Shown: one piece after another, positions 10,657 through 21,479 of the stretch
How the letters are laid out: each line of letters begins with the position of its first letter
How positions within the stretch are numbered: the stretch's first letter is position 1
Assembly: GCA_008632985.1 (NCBI GenBank)
Contig: QPGO01000022.1
Location: forward strand, 558,001 to 622,000
Length of the DNA: 64,000 nt
Reading direction: 5' to 3'
DNA from: Psammoneis japonica
Lineage: Eukaryota
Notes under the pieces: generated by a model
The model's input: only the letters and a program-made list of their open reading frames with translations
What the model was told of the DNA's origin: nothing
The model's database searches: none
Program-made: the position numbers and the translations under genes

Positions 10657-12226
10657 ATGACCGACGTCGGCTCCCAAGGTTTTCCTGGTTATCGACATGG
10701 CTGGAGGAAGAGGACCTCATCGCCACGGCACATACTATTTGTACCGAGTTGGCGTCGAAATTTGGCCTGTTTGATTCGAGCGTTCGATCTGCGAGTATTC
10801 CTTTCGAGCGTTTGGCTAAAACTCAAGAACGAGCAGATGTGTGTGTGTACCTTGGCACTGCTTCGGAACAAGGTTCACGATTAATATCGGCGTTGGAGAA
10901 TGAAACTCCTGTACCAGTGTTGAAAATCAAAGAACCTTCTCACGACGCAGCGTTGGAAATCGCCAAATGGTGTGGGCTTGCGGATGAGCAGGTTCGACGG
11001 TGTCTACGCGAGTCTCTTGCAAAACGCAAGCAGAGCCGTCTGGTCGATGATGCTCAGCTGCAGACGAAATCTCCTAAGTACGCTCAAGCCATTGCACAGG
11101 CATACGATAGAAATGATCAAATCACCGGCGACAACATTGCTGGAGCAGCGTTGCCAGAGCGGATGAGGGGAAAGGTTCGTGATCGGTATGCTGGTGCTGG
11201 TGCAATGGTATTGGTGACGACGGACCGCCAATCAGGGTTCGATCGACACTTGGCATCCGTGCCTTACAAGGGAGCAGTGTTGAACTTGACTAGCGCCTTT
11301 TGGTTTGAAAAGACGAAGCACATTATTCCGAACCATCTCGTGGCGGTACCTCATTCCAACGTGAGCATTGTGAAACGGTGCAAGTAAGTTATTTCTTATT
11401 GGCTGGAAACAGTTTTTCATTGCCTACCACTCATTTCTTATCTCTCTTTTCGCATGGCATCAGTCCCTTTCCGATTGAATTTATAGTCCGGTAGGTTTCC
11501 TCATTGCTCGGCTCATCTCGCTTAGGAGTAAAAATCATTGTTGTTCGATTGCAACTCATACTAATGTTCTTACCTCTCTGTAGTTCTTACGTGACGGGAT
11601 CCACTTCGACCTCCATCTGGAAGAATTATCAGAATGGAGTGCGGAACTACTGCGGTCGTGAGTTGCCAGAGGGCTTGACGAAGAACGAAAAGCTGTGGGC
11701 GAACCTCCTGACACCCACAACAAAAGAGGAAGACCACGATCGCCCTATTTCTCCAGATGATTTCGTCGCAGAGGGATGGATGACACAAGAAGATTGGGAT
11801 GTTTGCGCGTCAGCCGCTCTAGAGGTATTTGCTCTCGGACAAGAAGTAGCTTCAGACCACGGTTTAATTCTCGTCGACACCAAATACGAGTTTGGGAAAG
11901 ACGAAAGTACTGGTGAGATCTTACTGATTGATGAGGTACACACACCGGATTCATCGCGTTATTGGCTAGCCAGTACATACGAACAACGCATGAGCGAGGG
12001 AAAGGAGCCGGATAATATCGACAAGGAATTTTTGCGGTTGTGGTTTCGAGACCATTGCAACCCATATGAGGACGAGACTCTGCCTGAAGCACCGCGTGAA
12101 TTAGTTCTCGAGTTGGCAAGAAGGTACATTTTACTGTATCAGTTGATAACATGGGAAGATTTTGATTTCGATGGTGTAACTGGGGAAGAGGATATCGCGA
12201 AAACCATTCAAGATTATATTATGTGA
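10657..12226 (+). CDS. purC: SAICAR synthetase with degenerate PurE-like N-terminal extension; introns 11384-11463 and 11491-11583 (27-bp micro-exon); start uncertain
   Basis: Motifs GKVRD, TDRQSGFD, spliced PFPIEFIVRSYVTGS, LVDTKYEFG, DEVHTPDSSRYW and IDKEFLR. The ATG at 10657 is not in frame with the N-terminal extension. Confidence 0.85.
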
Positions 12227-12313
12227 TTTGCTTGGTTTTCTGCCGCAAATCCAACTGTCATTTTAAAATTTGATTATGCGTCGACCTTTCCATGTCTCTG
12301 CAACCACAACTTC

Positions 12314-12880
12314 TTAATTATCCATTTCTCTAGACATACGAACTGTGCCTTCTGGTGATGCTGTTGAGCTTAGGGCAAAACAAATTGCAGATATCAAATA
12401 CCCTCCTACAACTCCTGTAGAGAGAAGATCCGACAAAGCGGAAGAAGAATCAGTATTAGATGATGTTGCCTGCCCGTAAAGAAATCCAAGTAAACTTGGT
12501 GCTAGATTTCCAATCGCTCCAGTGAGAGTAAAAAGACCTTGCGCAGTCCCACCGATGGTTGGACCGACTGTAGATTGCAGGACATTGATGGTAGGACCAA
12601 ACCATACCTCCGCGACGAGGTACTCTGCTGCTAACCAGATCATAGCAGTTTGAAACGATTCTACAGAATGAATTGACATGTACCAAGCTGGAGCGGCCAA
12701 AATAGACCCAACCACTGGGATCCACAACTTTTTTCCGGTGGGATCATCGCTATCGTCTGTAGCAGATGACACCCAGTCAGCCGCGACTCCTCCCAACAAA
12801 CCGCTAGTTATACCGAATGCAGAAGTGATGAAAGCTTGGGCAAATGCATAGTCGGACTCGTTGAAACGGAGGAGATGATG
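12314..12880 (-). pseudogene. C-terminal half of an MFS (spinster-like) transporter; 5' half missing
   Basis: About five TM segments (SGLLGGVAADW, AEVWFGPTINVLQ, GAIGNLAPSLLG). Only ~90 bp separate it from the upstream gene's stop at 12973. Confidence 0.55.
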
Positions 12881-12972
12881 GTGATGTCGAAAAGCTTTTG
12901 CTTTTAGATTATAAATTGTTATCGGTTGTATCAGAGAAAACGTGGCGCGGAATAATTTTGAAGTGGAATGTA

Positions 12973-14613
12973 TCATGTAATCTGAGGTCCGGAGTACTCG
13001 TATTCATGACCAGCTTCGATAGTCTTGTGACTTCGCCGGCTTCCGGTGCTTCTCCCTGTCCTGCTGCTTTTGCTCCTTACTCGGTGCCGTGACGGAGGCA
13101 GTAGGTGACTATGACTGAGAGACTTGATGAGAAGATTTGTGATGGAATGATGGAGGTAGCATGAATACACTCCCAGACATACGCACAACAAGATGCTCAG
13201 GGCCAACCCAACTTTTTGAGAAGTTGTTACTTCTGATTTGGTATACTCAGAGTGATCCGTGCTTACAATTTGACCTTTGTCACCATAGGTGCCGAATCGA
13301 ACGCTCTCAATAAACGAACACTCGGTTGAGTGATCTGCGTAGTCATTGAATTGATTGTATACCAAGCCTGAGGTGCACTTTGCGCTTGTGTGATGGACTT
13401 TGTTGCACATATAGCTGTTGGCGTTGTAGAACGGTGGGTAGTTCTGTGCGGATACCAAGGATTGTGAGTTTCAAGATACACTGATAAATTGTTTCAATCA
13501 TGCCTTGGCGCAACTTACGCTTTGCGAGCAATCAATACAGGAACTGCTGTGAAAGCTTTCAAAGGCACTGCTCTTAAAGGCAATCCCCGAAAACTGTTTG
13601 GCGCTCAAATCATCTCCACCATACTGTGAGCAATAAGGATCATAGAAGACACCCATTTTTATGGTACCGGCGGATGCGTCACATCGAGGTCGCAAGTACA
13701 TGACCGAACCTTCGTAGTTCCCTTGCCCTTCCACCTTGACGCAGTTAAGATAGTCAAGATAGTCTTCATAGCTGATTCCGTCTTCCTCTTCTCCAGAAGC
13801 TCCATCACCATCACATATTCCTTGGTAATCATAGCACAAGTCTTCGTATTTGTTGCAAAAGGAAGCAGCAGCGTCGTCGTCGTCGTCGTAGCCAGTAGAG
13901 TATGCATCATCTCCGACTTGGTCGTCGTCGCCTCCGTTTGCATCCGCATCTTCCAAATTACGGTCTTCGTAGTCACTGTTACATTCTGCACAAAAGCTGC
14001 ACAAATTGCTCCTTTTGTTCTGTGTATACTTAATCATGATTTGAAGATAATCGCCAAGTCCTATTGCATACTCCGCGTAGTTGTAGAGACATCCATACGT
14101 GGAGCTGCCACTACATTGTTTCTTTGGGCAGAGGCGCAGCATCACTACATCATTGGTAACCATGGCTGAGTACTCGCCATTCTTTATTGCGTCAACTGAG
14201 AATCGCTGAACTGGTTGGCATTTGACGTACTTCAGAGCCTGACCCGAGAAACTGGTTAAGTACTCGGTGTCCACAAAATAGTCATCATCGTCGTTGTCAT
14301 CATCATAATTTTCATCTTCTTCCGCTCGACGATTGGTTGGGATTCCCATAAAAGCAGGTTCTCGATCCAGTGGTTTCCCTCCTGCTGCTATCAGCTCGGC
14401 TTCGTATTGTTCGATAGGTATTGCTCTCGTCAACAAAGCTTCTTCGATTGACTTGCTATCTTCTCTCGGAGAAGGCATTCGCTCCTGCCGCCGCATAGTA
14501 TCTCTGTGAAAGAACTGCTGAGCATTTGTGTTGAAAAAGAGTAGCATTAGACTTGCAAGCAGCAACGCCGTCCGGGCAGAAAGCCACGAACTACTGATGC
14601 AAAGCGGCATCAT
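12973..14613 (-). CDS. Silicanin-like Cys-rich single-pass membrane protein (diatom family); intron 13444-13518
   Basis: Signal peptide, RXL-type motif (DRNLEDAD), acidic D/N tracts, motif pattern ALKYVKCQ...VVMLRLCP...YAEYAI, C-terminal TM (VGLALSILLCVCLGVYSCYL) and a basic cytosolic tail. Family assigned from memory of the Sin1 architecture. Confidence 0.7.
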
Positions 14614-15108
14614 TTCTCATTGTTCTGCGAACGCGATGATATGAAAATGAGGAGGAAGCGGTCTGTCTCCGTCGCCATGGGCGGCCGCGCGTATGCCTAG
14701 CGTTATTGACTTTATTCATGAAGATTATATATAAAATTTAAACATACAAATCTTTTTAAGTTTATTTTACAATCGTGGGATAAAAAACGGATATTCTAAA
14801 AAATACTTAGGTTCATTGTATCCGAAACGTCCAATGCGCTATCCAAGACCATGTACAAAAAGATAAATGAGAGAAACGGATAGTTTGCAAATAAAATACT
14901 CTAATAACATACAATACGTATGCTATATATATTTAAACTTGTTTAAAAATTAAATTGCAATTACAACGAACTCCAATCATTATATTCATTCACACATGAA
15001 TAATAATAATTTGAAGATGACGTCACTGAACAAAGCCGTTCACATTTTACTTACTTTTTTCTCTCCCATCAATCACATTTCCAGTCTGCATCAGAAACAC
15101 ATACAACC

Positions 15109-18045
15109 ATGTCGGACTCATTCCTTACCCCATCTTTCTCCGAGAGACGACTCTCTTTCATGAGACGGTGCTCATCGAGCCGTCGGAGCAGTACACCGGC
15201 AAGCGAAACGAGCAAAGGAAACGAAAGGAGCGGCACCGAATGCCGAAAGGAGATGTCAGGAGGGCGGAGACAGGAATACCAGGCTCAAGTTCTTGGTGAC
15301 AGTGGTATGAGCCGTACAGAACTCCTCGATCGGTTGGAAGAAAAGGAAAACGAAATACGAAAGAAAGAAAAGCAACTCCGTGATCATAATGACAAGTTTC
15401 ACCAAATCAACAACGGGTTGTCCTGCATCAACGAAGAAAGGGAGAAGTTGAAGAAAACTGTACAGCGAATCGAAAAGGAAAAGAAAGACTTGCAGCGTAG
15501 CTTGGATATGCGAGAGAAAGAAGTGTTGAGCCTTGTTCGGAGGTGTTCGTCTCAAGAGGAAAGGCTCAAGGGAAGTGCTTCTCTCCGTAATTCGACCAAG
15601 GAACTAACGAACGAGGTGGAGGAGCTCAGATCAAAGCTTGCGGAACGCGATGATGCCCTAGTTGAAATGGTAGATGTACGACGAAAGCTAAGCGAATGTC
15701 AAGATGAGAAGGAAGCTCTCTACGAGCGCTTTTCGAACCTAAAGAAGGATCACGACGCGGTGACCGACAATTTTAACGCGTCGCTGCTAAATATTCAGCG
15801 CTTGAGTGAAACACAGTCCGAGAACGAAGACAAAAGAAGACGAGAACAGCAACGGGCGCAATTGAAGCTAGAGCAACAACGGCTAAATAATTTACAGAAT
15901 TCGAACCTATTAAAGGAGGAACTGCAAGATTGTCAAAGCCGCATCGAACAACTCGAGAAAAGGGTTCAATGTCACGTTGAGAAGAACACAAAACTCCAGA
16001 ATCTTCTAGATGAGCAAGAAAAGATTCAAACCATCAAGTTAGATCAAATGCAAAAAGAATTCAAGGTAGAAAAGGCGAAGATGGCATCTCAGCATCGAGA
16101 GGAGTGCCGCAGACTCGAGGCCTCTCGAAAAGACGCCGTGACGCTTCTACATGGTGAGCTAGACGCAAAGGAGCGAGTTGTTTTGACTCTTGAGAATGAA
16201 ATATCAGGCTGCATGGAAAAGATGATGTCCCTATCAACCGATCTCCAAAGTGCCAAGGAGAGTACAGAAGCTCCCCAGCTTTCAGTGGCTATTGAAAAGC
16301 TCGAAGCGGAGCGGAGGAGTCTCAGGGATGAGTTGTCCGTGAAGGAAGCCGAAGTGATCGAGTTGACCGGTGCCCTCTGTCGTTTTGAAAGCGATAATAT
16401 ATTGATGCAACAAAAGATCTCCAGCCTTCAGGAAAGGGAAAAGAGTCTACAGGATGAAAGCGCGAGAGCCTTTGAATTGGATGTCGAGCTGCGTAAGACC
16501 ACGTCTTCCTTGAGTGAAGCCAATCGGCAGAAGAAGCTTGCGGTGGAAAAGAATGAGCGAGCTATCACCACAATAAGGCAGCATCTAGAGGAAGAGAGCC
16601 GTAGATGGCTCTCTACAGAGAAGGCGCTTTTGAGTAGGATATCGGAGTTGGAATCGGAAAAGATTGAAAGTGATCAAGAGCACGAAACTATGGTGAACGA
16701 GTTTTGCGAGCAGATAAACTTCATGAAACGAGAGTTGGAGACAAAAGAATATCTCATTTCTGAGACGCGAGAACAACTGCTACGAGTGGATAACGAAGCA
16801 GTCGACAAATCTCGTTCTATGGACGAAGAGATTCAGCATCTCAAACGAAGCCTCGACCAGACAAAGACTGAACTTGCTATGAAAGATGACGAGATTAGAG
16901 ATCTAAAACTGTTCGAGTTGAAAGACTCAGAAGAGACCATAGCTTTACTCCGACTAGAAGTCCGCACTTTGAAACAACACCAAGATGCTGCTAGATCAAG
17001 GGGATCTGAATCTGCTGCCTTGTTGGAGGCAGAGAACAAGAAGCTTGAGGAGAAATCATTACAGCTGGAGTACACACTAAGCGAGACCAAACGCCAGAAT
17101 GAGCACCTTGTAGAGCAACTGAAGCAGGAAAACTGTGGCCTTAAAGAAGCTTTTGTAGCTAGGGAAGCTGAAGCAAAATCAAACCTTTCAAAGCTGAAAG
17201 AATTACATCTGTCAAAATCGGCGTTGGCGAGGGACAGAAATCAGCTTGCGCAAAGAAATCAGTCGCTGTGCTCCGAACTTGAAGCGCTCAGGGCGGAAAA
17301 GGAAAACATCGTAGCAGATCAGGAAAAGCTCGTCAGGGCATTAAAACGAGAGATCCATGTCATTAGACTAAGCCAAGAAGAGGAAGATCTCGCCAATGAA
17401 ACCAAGCATGCCGAACTGCAAGACGAACTGTGTCGGATTAACGATATGATGGAATCAGAGAAGCAGCGAAGAAGTGAGATTGAAGAATTACTGAATACAC
17501 GCACTAAGCTTCTCGCAGACATGGTAGCGTACAATAAAGGTGTCGAGGAGGACATTGAAAAAGAGAAAGGCGGTAGGACCGAGCTTGAAACCGCCGTTCA
17601 GAACCTAAGTAGAGATCTTCTATCTTCGGAGGCCGAAGTCAATCGTTTGAGAGAGGAACTAAAATGCAAAGAAGAGCAGCTTCTAGAAGCGCTAGAGAGC
17701 GAGAGGCATCTTAGGGAAATAGCTGAGGACGATCTCGAAAAAGCAAACAGGCGCTTGAGTCGTTCAATTCGTGGAACGAAGGAGTTGACGGAATTAGAAA
17801 AAGAGAATATTGACCTCAAAGACAAGGTACGACGGCAGGAAGCGTATCTGAAGCGCAAGCTTAAAAAGGAGAAGGTGCTCAGAGACCGCTCTAATGCCCC
17901 AACAAAAACACCACTACAGACTTCTACTAGGCGACTGAAGCAGAAACTTACGAATGGCGAGTCGGTGTCCTGCAACAACTCGTTTTTATCGATTCCCGAA
18001 AGCGCAACGTTTCCAGCCGACTGGGAAAACGACTCACTCTATTAG
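15109..18045 (+). CDS. Long coiled-coil protein (978 aa)
   Basis: Intronless ORF rich in E/K/L/R heptads; no recognisable globular domain. Confidence 0.8.
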   Translation: MSDSFLTPSFSERRLSFMRRCSSSRRSSTPASETSKGNERSGTECRKEMSGGRRQEYQAQVLGDSGMSRTELLDRLEEKENEIRKKEKQLRDHNDKFHQINNGLSCINEEREKLKKTVQRIEKEKKDLQRSLDMREKEVLSLVRRCSSQEERLKGSASLRNSTKELTNEVEELRSKLAERDDALVEMVDVRRKLSECQDEKEALYERFSNLKKDHDAVTDNFNASLLNIQRLSETQSENEDKRRREQQRAQLKLEQQRLNNLQNSNLLKEELQDCQSRIEQLEKRVQCHVEKNTKLQNLLDEQEKIQTIKLDQMQKEFKVEKAKMASQHREECRRLEASRKDAVTLLHGELDAKERVVLTLENEISGCMEKMMSLSTDLQSAKESTEAPQLSVAIEKLEAERRSLRDELSVKEAEVIELTGALCRFESDNILMQQKISSLQEREKSLQDESARAFELDVELRKTTSSLSEANRQKKLAVEKNERAITTIRQHLEEESRRWLSTEKALLSRISELESEKIESDQEHETMVNEFCEQINFMKRELETKEYLISETREQLLRVDNEAVDKSRSMDEEIQHLKRSLDQTKTELAMKDDEIRDLKLFELKDSEETIALLRLEVRTLKQHQDAARSRGSESAALLEAENKKLEEKSLQLEYTLSETKRQNEHLVEQLKQENCGLKEAFVAREAEAKSNLSKLKELHLSKSALARDRNQLAQRNQSLCSELEALRAEKENIVADQEKLVRALKREIHVIRLSQEEEDLANETKHAELQDELCRINDMMESEKQRRSEIEELLNTRTKLLADMVAYNKGVEEDIEKEKGGRTELETAVQNLSRDLLSSEAEVNRLREELKCKEEQLLEALESERHLREIAEDDLEKANRRLSRSIRGTKELTELEKENIDLKDKVRRQEAYLKRKLKKEKVLRDRSNAPTKTPLQTSTRRLKQKLTNGESVSCNNSFLSIPESATFPADWENDSLY

Positions 18046-18226
18046 TAAACGGGAGAAGTACAATGCTGCATCGCACAGGGGGTAGGTGCCAAGCATTGGG
18101 CGTAGAAATGAGATAGCGAGATATTCGTACCCATGGATTGATACCGGTAGAAGCGTTTCCTGTTGTACATCAGTTAATCATTACACATTGGACTCTAGGT
18201 GTTCTTACGTATTGATAAATTTCTGT

Positions 18227-19732
18227 TCATTCCTCACCTTCGCACGGCCAAAGGTCGTCAAGTGCGTCGAAGCCACCAGCGTTCAACTCGTCAGTGTCAG
18301 GTCTTAGGGCCAATTGAACTTCGCGCACAAACCGACGTCTAAATCTCTTCACACCGCCTCCGAACAAGGAACAATGTGCTCGCAAGGCTTCTTCCGCGTG
18401 CTGTTTTGCAACTTGGCGGTTTCCTACACACCTCGCACAAAGTGCAGCCTGTACTCTCATGACAATTGCATTCTCATCCAACGGTGGGAGACGAGTCTCA
18501 GCGAATTCGACACATTCCTCCCACTGCGACAATGCCTCACTGGGATTACCAAGTCCATCATATGTGATTGCTCGAAGAATACGCAAGTTCTGTAAATCGC
18601 ATTGAAACCAAAGCGCACCGCTTTTGTCGATATCTATCATTTCGTCCTGTTCGTCTTCAGCAGGCTTCCCAGAGGCTTGCTCAAACAGTTCTGCAAGAGC
18701 TTCCAATCGTTCACTAGGGTCCATCGCCATAAGCTCGTTTTGAACCTCGTCATCAACTACCGGGAAGTCAGGTCCATCATCTTCATCATATTCGCTTACT
18801 CCAATGGCGCCGGGTTCTTGGAAATCCATTTGCAACATTGTCGTTCGTCTCGTGGGACTCTCACAGAGCACATCATGTTCGAGGTAGCTGATACAAATTT
18901 CGTCACCAGCATAAATATCCTGATTGGCCACAAACCACATAACGTCTCCCACAGCAAATCTTGAAGCATTCGGTTTACTATCGTGATTGAAATACGATGG
19001 CAAATGATAGAGTGCCGTTCCATCTAATGCAGCATGCCCTCCGGGACCTGGGTGAACCAGCATTTCTGGACACGTCTCCACAGACAAAGCATTGTATCGA
19101 ATCACTAGATGCAAGCGTTCTATAATGTCCTTGACGTGGTCATCTCTGACAAGGTCCGGCACCTCTAGTAACTTTGAAAGTCGATTTTCTACCTCCACAA
19201 AGACGGCATCATCTTGGCACACCCACTTTGGCAATTTCGCCGCAGTTTCATTGTCGCGAGGGAACAGGTCCGATAGTGTGTCGACCCACAAGGACGGATT
19301 CTCATAAATATCAGAAAGCAGTTTAAGCAACAAAAGCTCATTCGGCTTTGAGTCTTGCTCCTCTTCGTCTTCTTGATGGAACTCCTCCTCGTCCTGGTCC
19401 TCGTTCTCGTCCTCCTCGTCTCCAATGTCATTATCTAGTTCATGGTCGAGTTCCATTTCTTCTCGAGCCGTGAGTCCGTCATGACTTTCACTATCTATAA
19501 CGCATTCCCAGTTCATAACCATGGCGATCGGTTTGGCAACTAGCAAGACGGTTCCCGCCGAAATGTTCCGTCGTGCAAAATAACCTCTTCCGCTTTTCGA
19601 TTCCTCACGACACTCCATCAAATCTTTTGTGGACTGGCTGTCATAGTCTGTTGGAATCATGAAATTGGGACGAGTTGGATGATCTGGTTGACTAGCCACC
19701 AAGGCATCGGCCATGTCCAAGAGCGTCTCCAT
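18227..19732 (-). CDS. SET-domain (SMYD-like) lysine methyltransferase
   Basis: Motifs GRGYFARRNISAGTVLL and SYFNHDSKPNA...GDEICISY, followed by a helical TPR-like C-terminus. Confidence 0.9.
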   Translation of the reverse strand: METLLDMADALVASQPDHPTRPNFMIPTDYDSQSTKDLMECREESKSGRGYFARRNISAGTVLLVAKPIAMVMNWECVIDSESHDGLTAREEMELDHELDNDIGDEEDENEDQDEEEFHQEDEEEQDSKPNELLLLKLLSDIYENPSLWVDTLSDLFPRDNETAAKLPKWVCQDDAVFVEVENRLSKLLEVPDLVRDDHVKDIIERLHLVIRYNALSVETCPEMLVHPGPGGHAALDGTALYHLPSYFNHDSKPNASRFAVGDVMWFVANQDIYAGDEICISYLEHDVLCESPTRRTTMLQMDFQEPGAIGVSEYDEDDGPDFPVVDDEVQNELMAMDPSERLEALAELFEQASGKPAEDEQDEMIDIDKSGALWFQCDLQNLRILRAITYDGLGNPSEALSQWEECVEFAETRLPPLDENAIVMRVQAALCARCVGNRQVAKQHAEEALRAHCSLFGGGVKRFRRRFVREVQLALRPDTDELNAGGFDALDDLWPCEGEE

Positions 19733-21479
19733 GGTGGATTTCGCCTTGCCTCATTTTTTCTGTTTTATTCGTTCCTGCTTGCGTTTCCAGTTTTCAGCTT
19801 TGTGGCGGTAAGTTGAGTCGTCTCCCCGTCATACGTCAGTGCACCGTCCTTCCGCAGCGCCTGAGACGGGGGATGCCATGGATGAGGTTCCTGTGCCCGT
19901 CGGTCCTGGGTCTGAACTGCCGCAGAAGTGCATTTTTTTAAGTTGAAATCAACAATGTGAGATCTGAAAACTCCCCGTGTGCACACAAAGCATCCAAGCC
20001 CGGCTCCCCAGCATCTGCTGTTCCTTCCTGCCCCTTGCTTCTCAACCCCAGCAGGCCAGAACCCCCATTTTGAAACACTCCACAGAGCTTTGTGAACTGG
20101 CACTGGTTGGTCACTTGTTTGTCTTGTTTTGTGTTTTCATTCATGTGCAGGCCTCCAAAACAGCTTTCATCTTGCATGCTCTCATGATGCAAGAATCTGA
20201 CGAAGTGTCCAAGAGACACACCCAGCAGCCAATTTCTTGTTCTGAAGTGGCCTCAGTTTCATCAACTTGCACATGTCCATGTGTTGATTGTGGGCCTGAA
20301 TTTGATCTTTCCCTTGCACCAATCTTGACAACAGCCTCAGCTTGAATCCCATCATCTCAAACAAACCCTGCTCCTGCTTCTGTTTCAATCAGCCTCCAGC
20401 TCAAAGCCCTTGGCTGTGCTGCTGCTGGTGTTCGTGCACAAGAAAGCAAAAGTGTGTTGAGCAGATGAAATGCAATGTGGAAATGGCAAGGGGATCAACA
20501 CAATCATGCCAGCAACACATTTGCTCTGCATTGAGTCATCCTCTCAAATTCCTCACCACACTCCATCAAGTCTTTTGTGGACTGGCTGTGTCACAGTCTG
20601 TTGGAATCATGAAATTGGGGGGAGTTGGATGATCTGGTTGACCAGCCACCAAGGCATCGGCCATGTCCAAGAGCGTCTCCATGGTTGATTTTCTGTTTTG
20701 TTTGTTCCTGCTTGCATTTCCAGTTTTTTCAGTTTCGTGGCGGGAAGTTGAGTCATCTCCCTGTCATGCATCAGTGCACCGTCCTTCTGCGGCGCCCAAC
20801 TGACATGAGGGATGCCATGGATGAGGTTCCTGTGCCCGTCGGTCCTGGGTCTGAACTGCCTCAGAAGTGCATTTTTTAGAGTTGAAATCAACAATGTGAG
20901 ATCTGAAAACTCCCTGTGTGCACACAAAGCATCCAAGCCCGGCCCCCCAGCATCTGCTGTTCCTTCCTGCCCCTTGCTTCTCAACCCCAGCAGGCCAGAA
21001 CCCATTTTGAAACATTCCACAGAGCTTTGTGAACTGGCACTGGTTGGTCACTTGTTTGTCTTGTTTTGTGTTTTCATTCATGTGCATGCCTCCAAAACAG
21101 CTTTCATCTTGCATGCTCTCATGATGTGAGAATCTGACGAAATGTCCAAGAGACACACCCAGCAGCCAATTTCTTCTGAAGTGGCTTCAGTCTCATCAAC
21201 TTGCACATGTCCATGTGTTGATTGTGGGCCTGAATTTGATCTTTCCCTTGCACCAATCTTGGCAACAGCCTCAGCTTGAATCCCATCATCTCAAACAAAC
21301 CCTGCTCCTGCTTCTGTTTCAATCAGCCTCCAGCTCAAAGCCCTTGGCTGTGCTGCTGCCAGTGTTCGTGCACAAGAAAGCAAAAGTGTGTTGAGCAGAT
21401 GAAATGCAATGTGGAAATGGCAAGGGGATCAACACAATCATGCCAGCAACACATTTGCTCTGCATTGAGTTATCCTCTC
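19601..21479. repeat. ~935-bp tandem duplication that includes the 5' end and upstream region of the SET gene
   Basis: 19601-20545 aligns with 20549-21479. Confidence 0.9.

Noticed and set aside
10062..10658. 25-aa repeat protein ORFs on both strands
   Set aside because: They are a by-product of a 75-bp (multiple of 3) tandem unit, with no evidence of a real gene.
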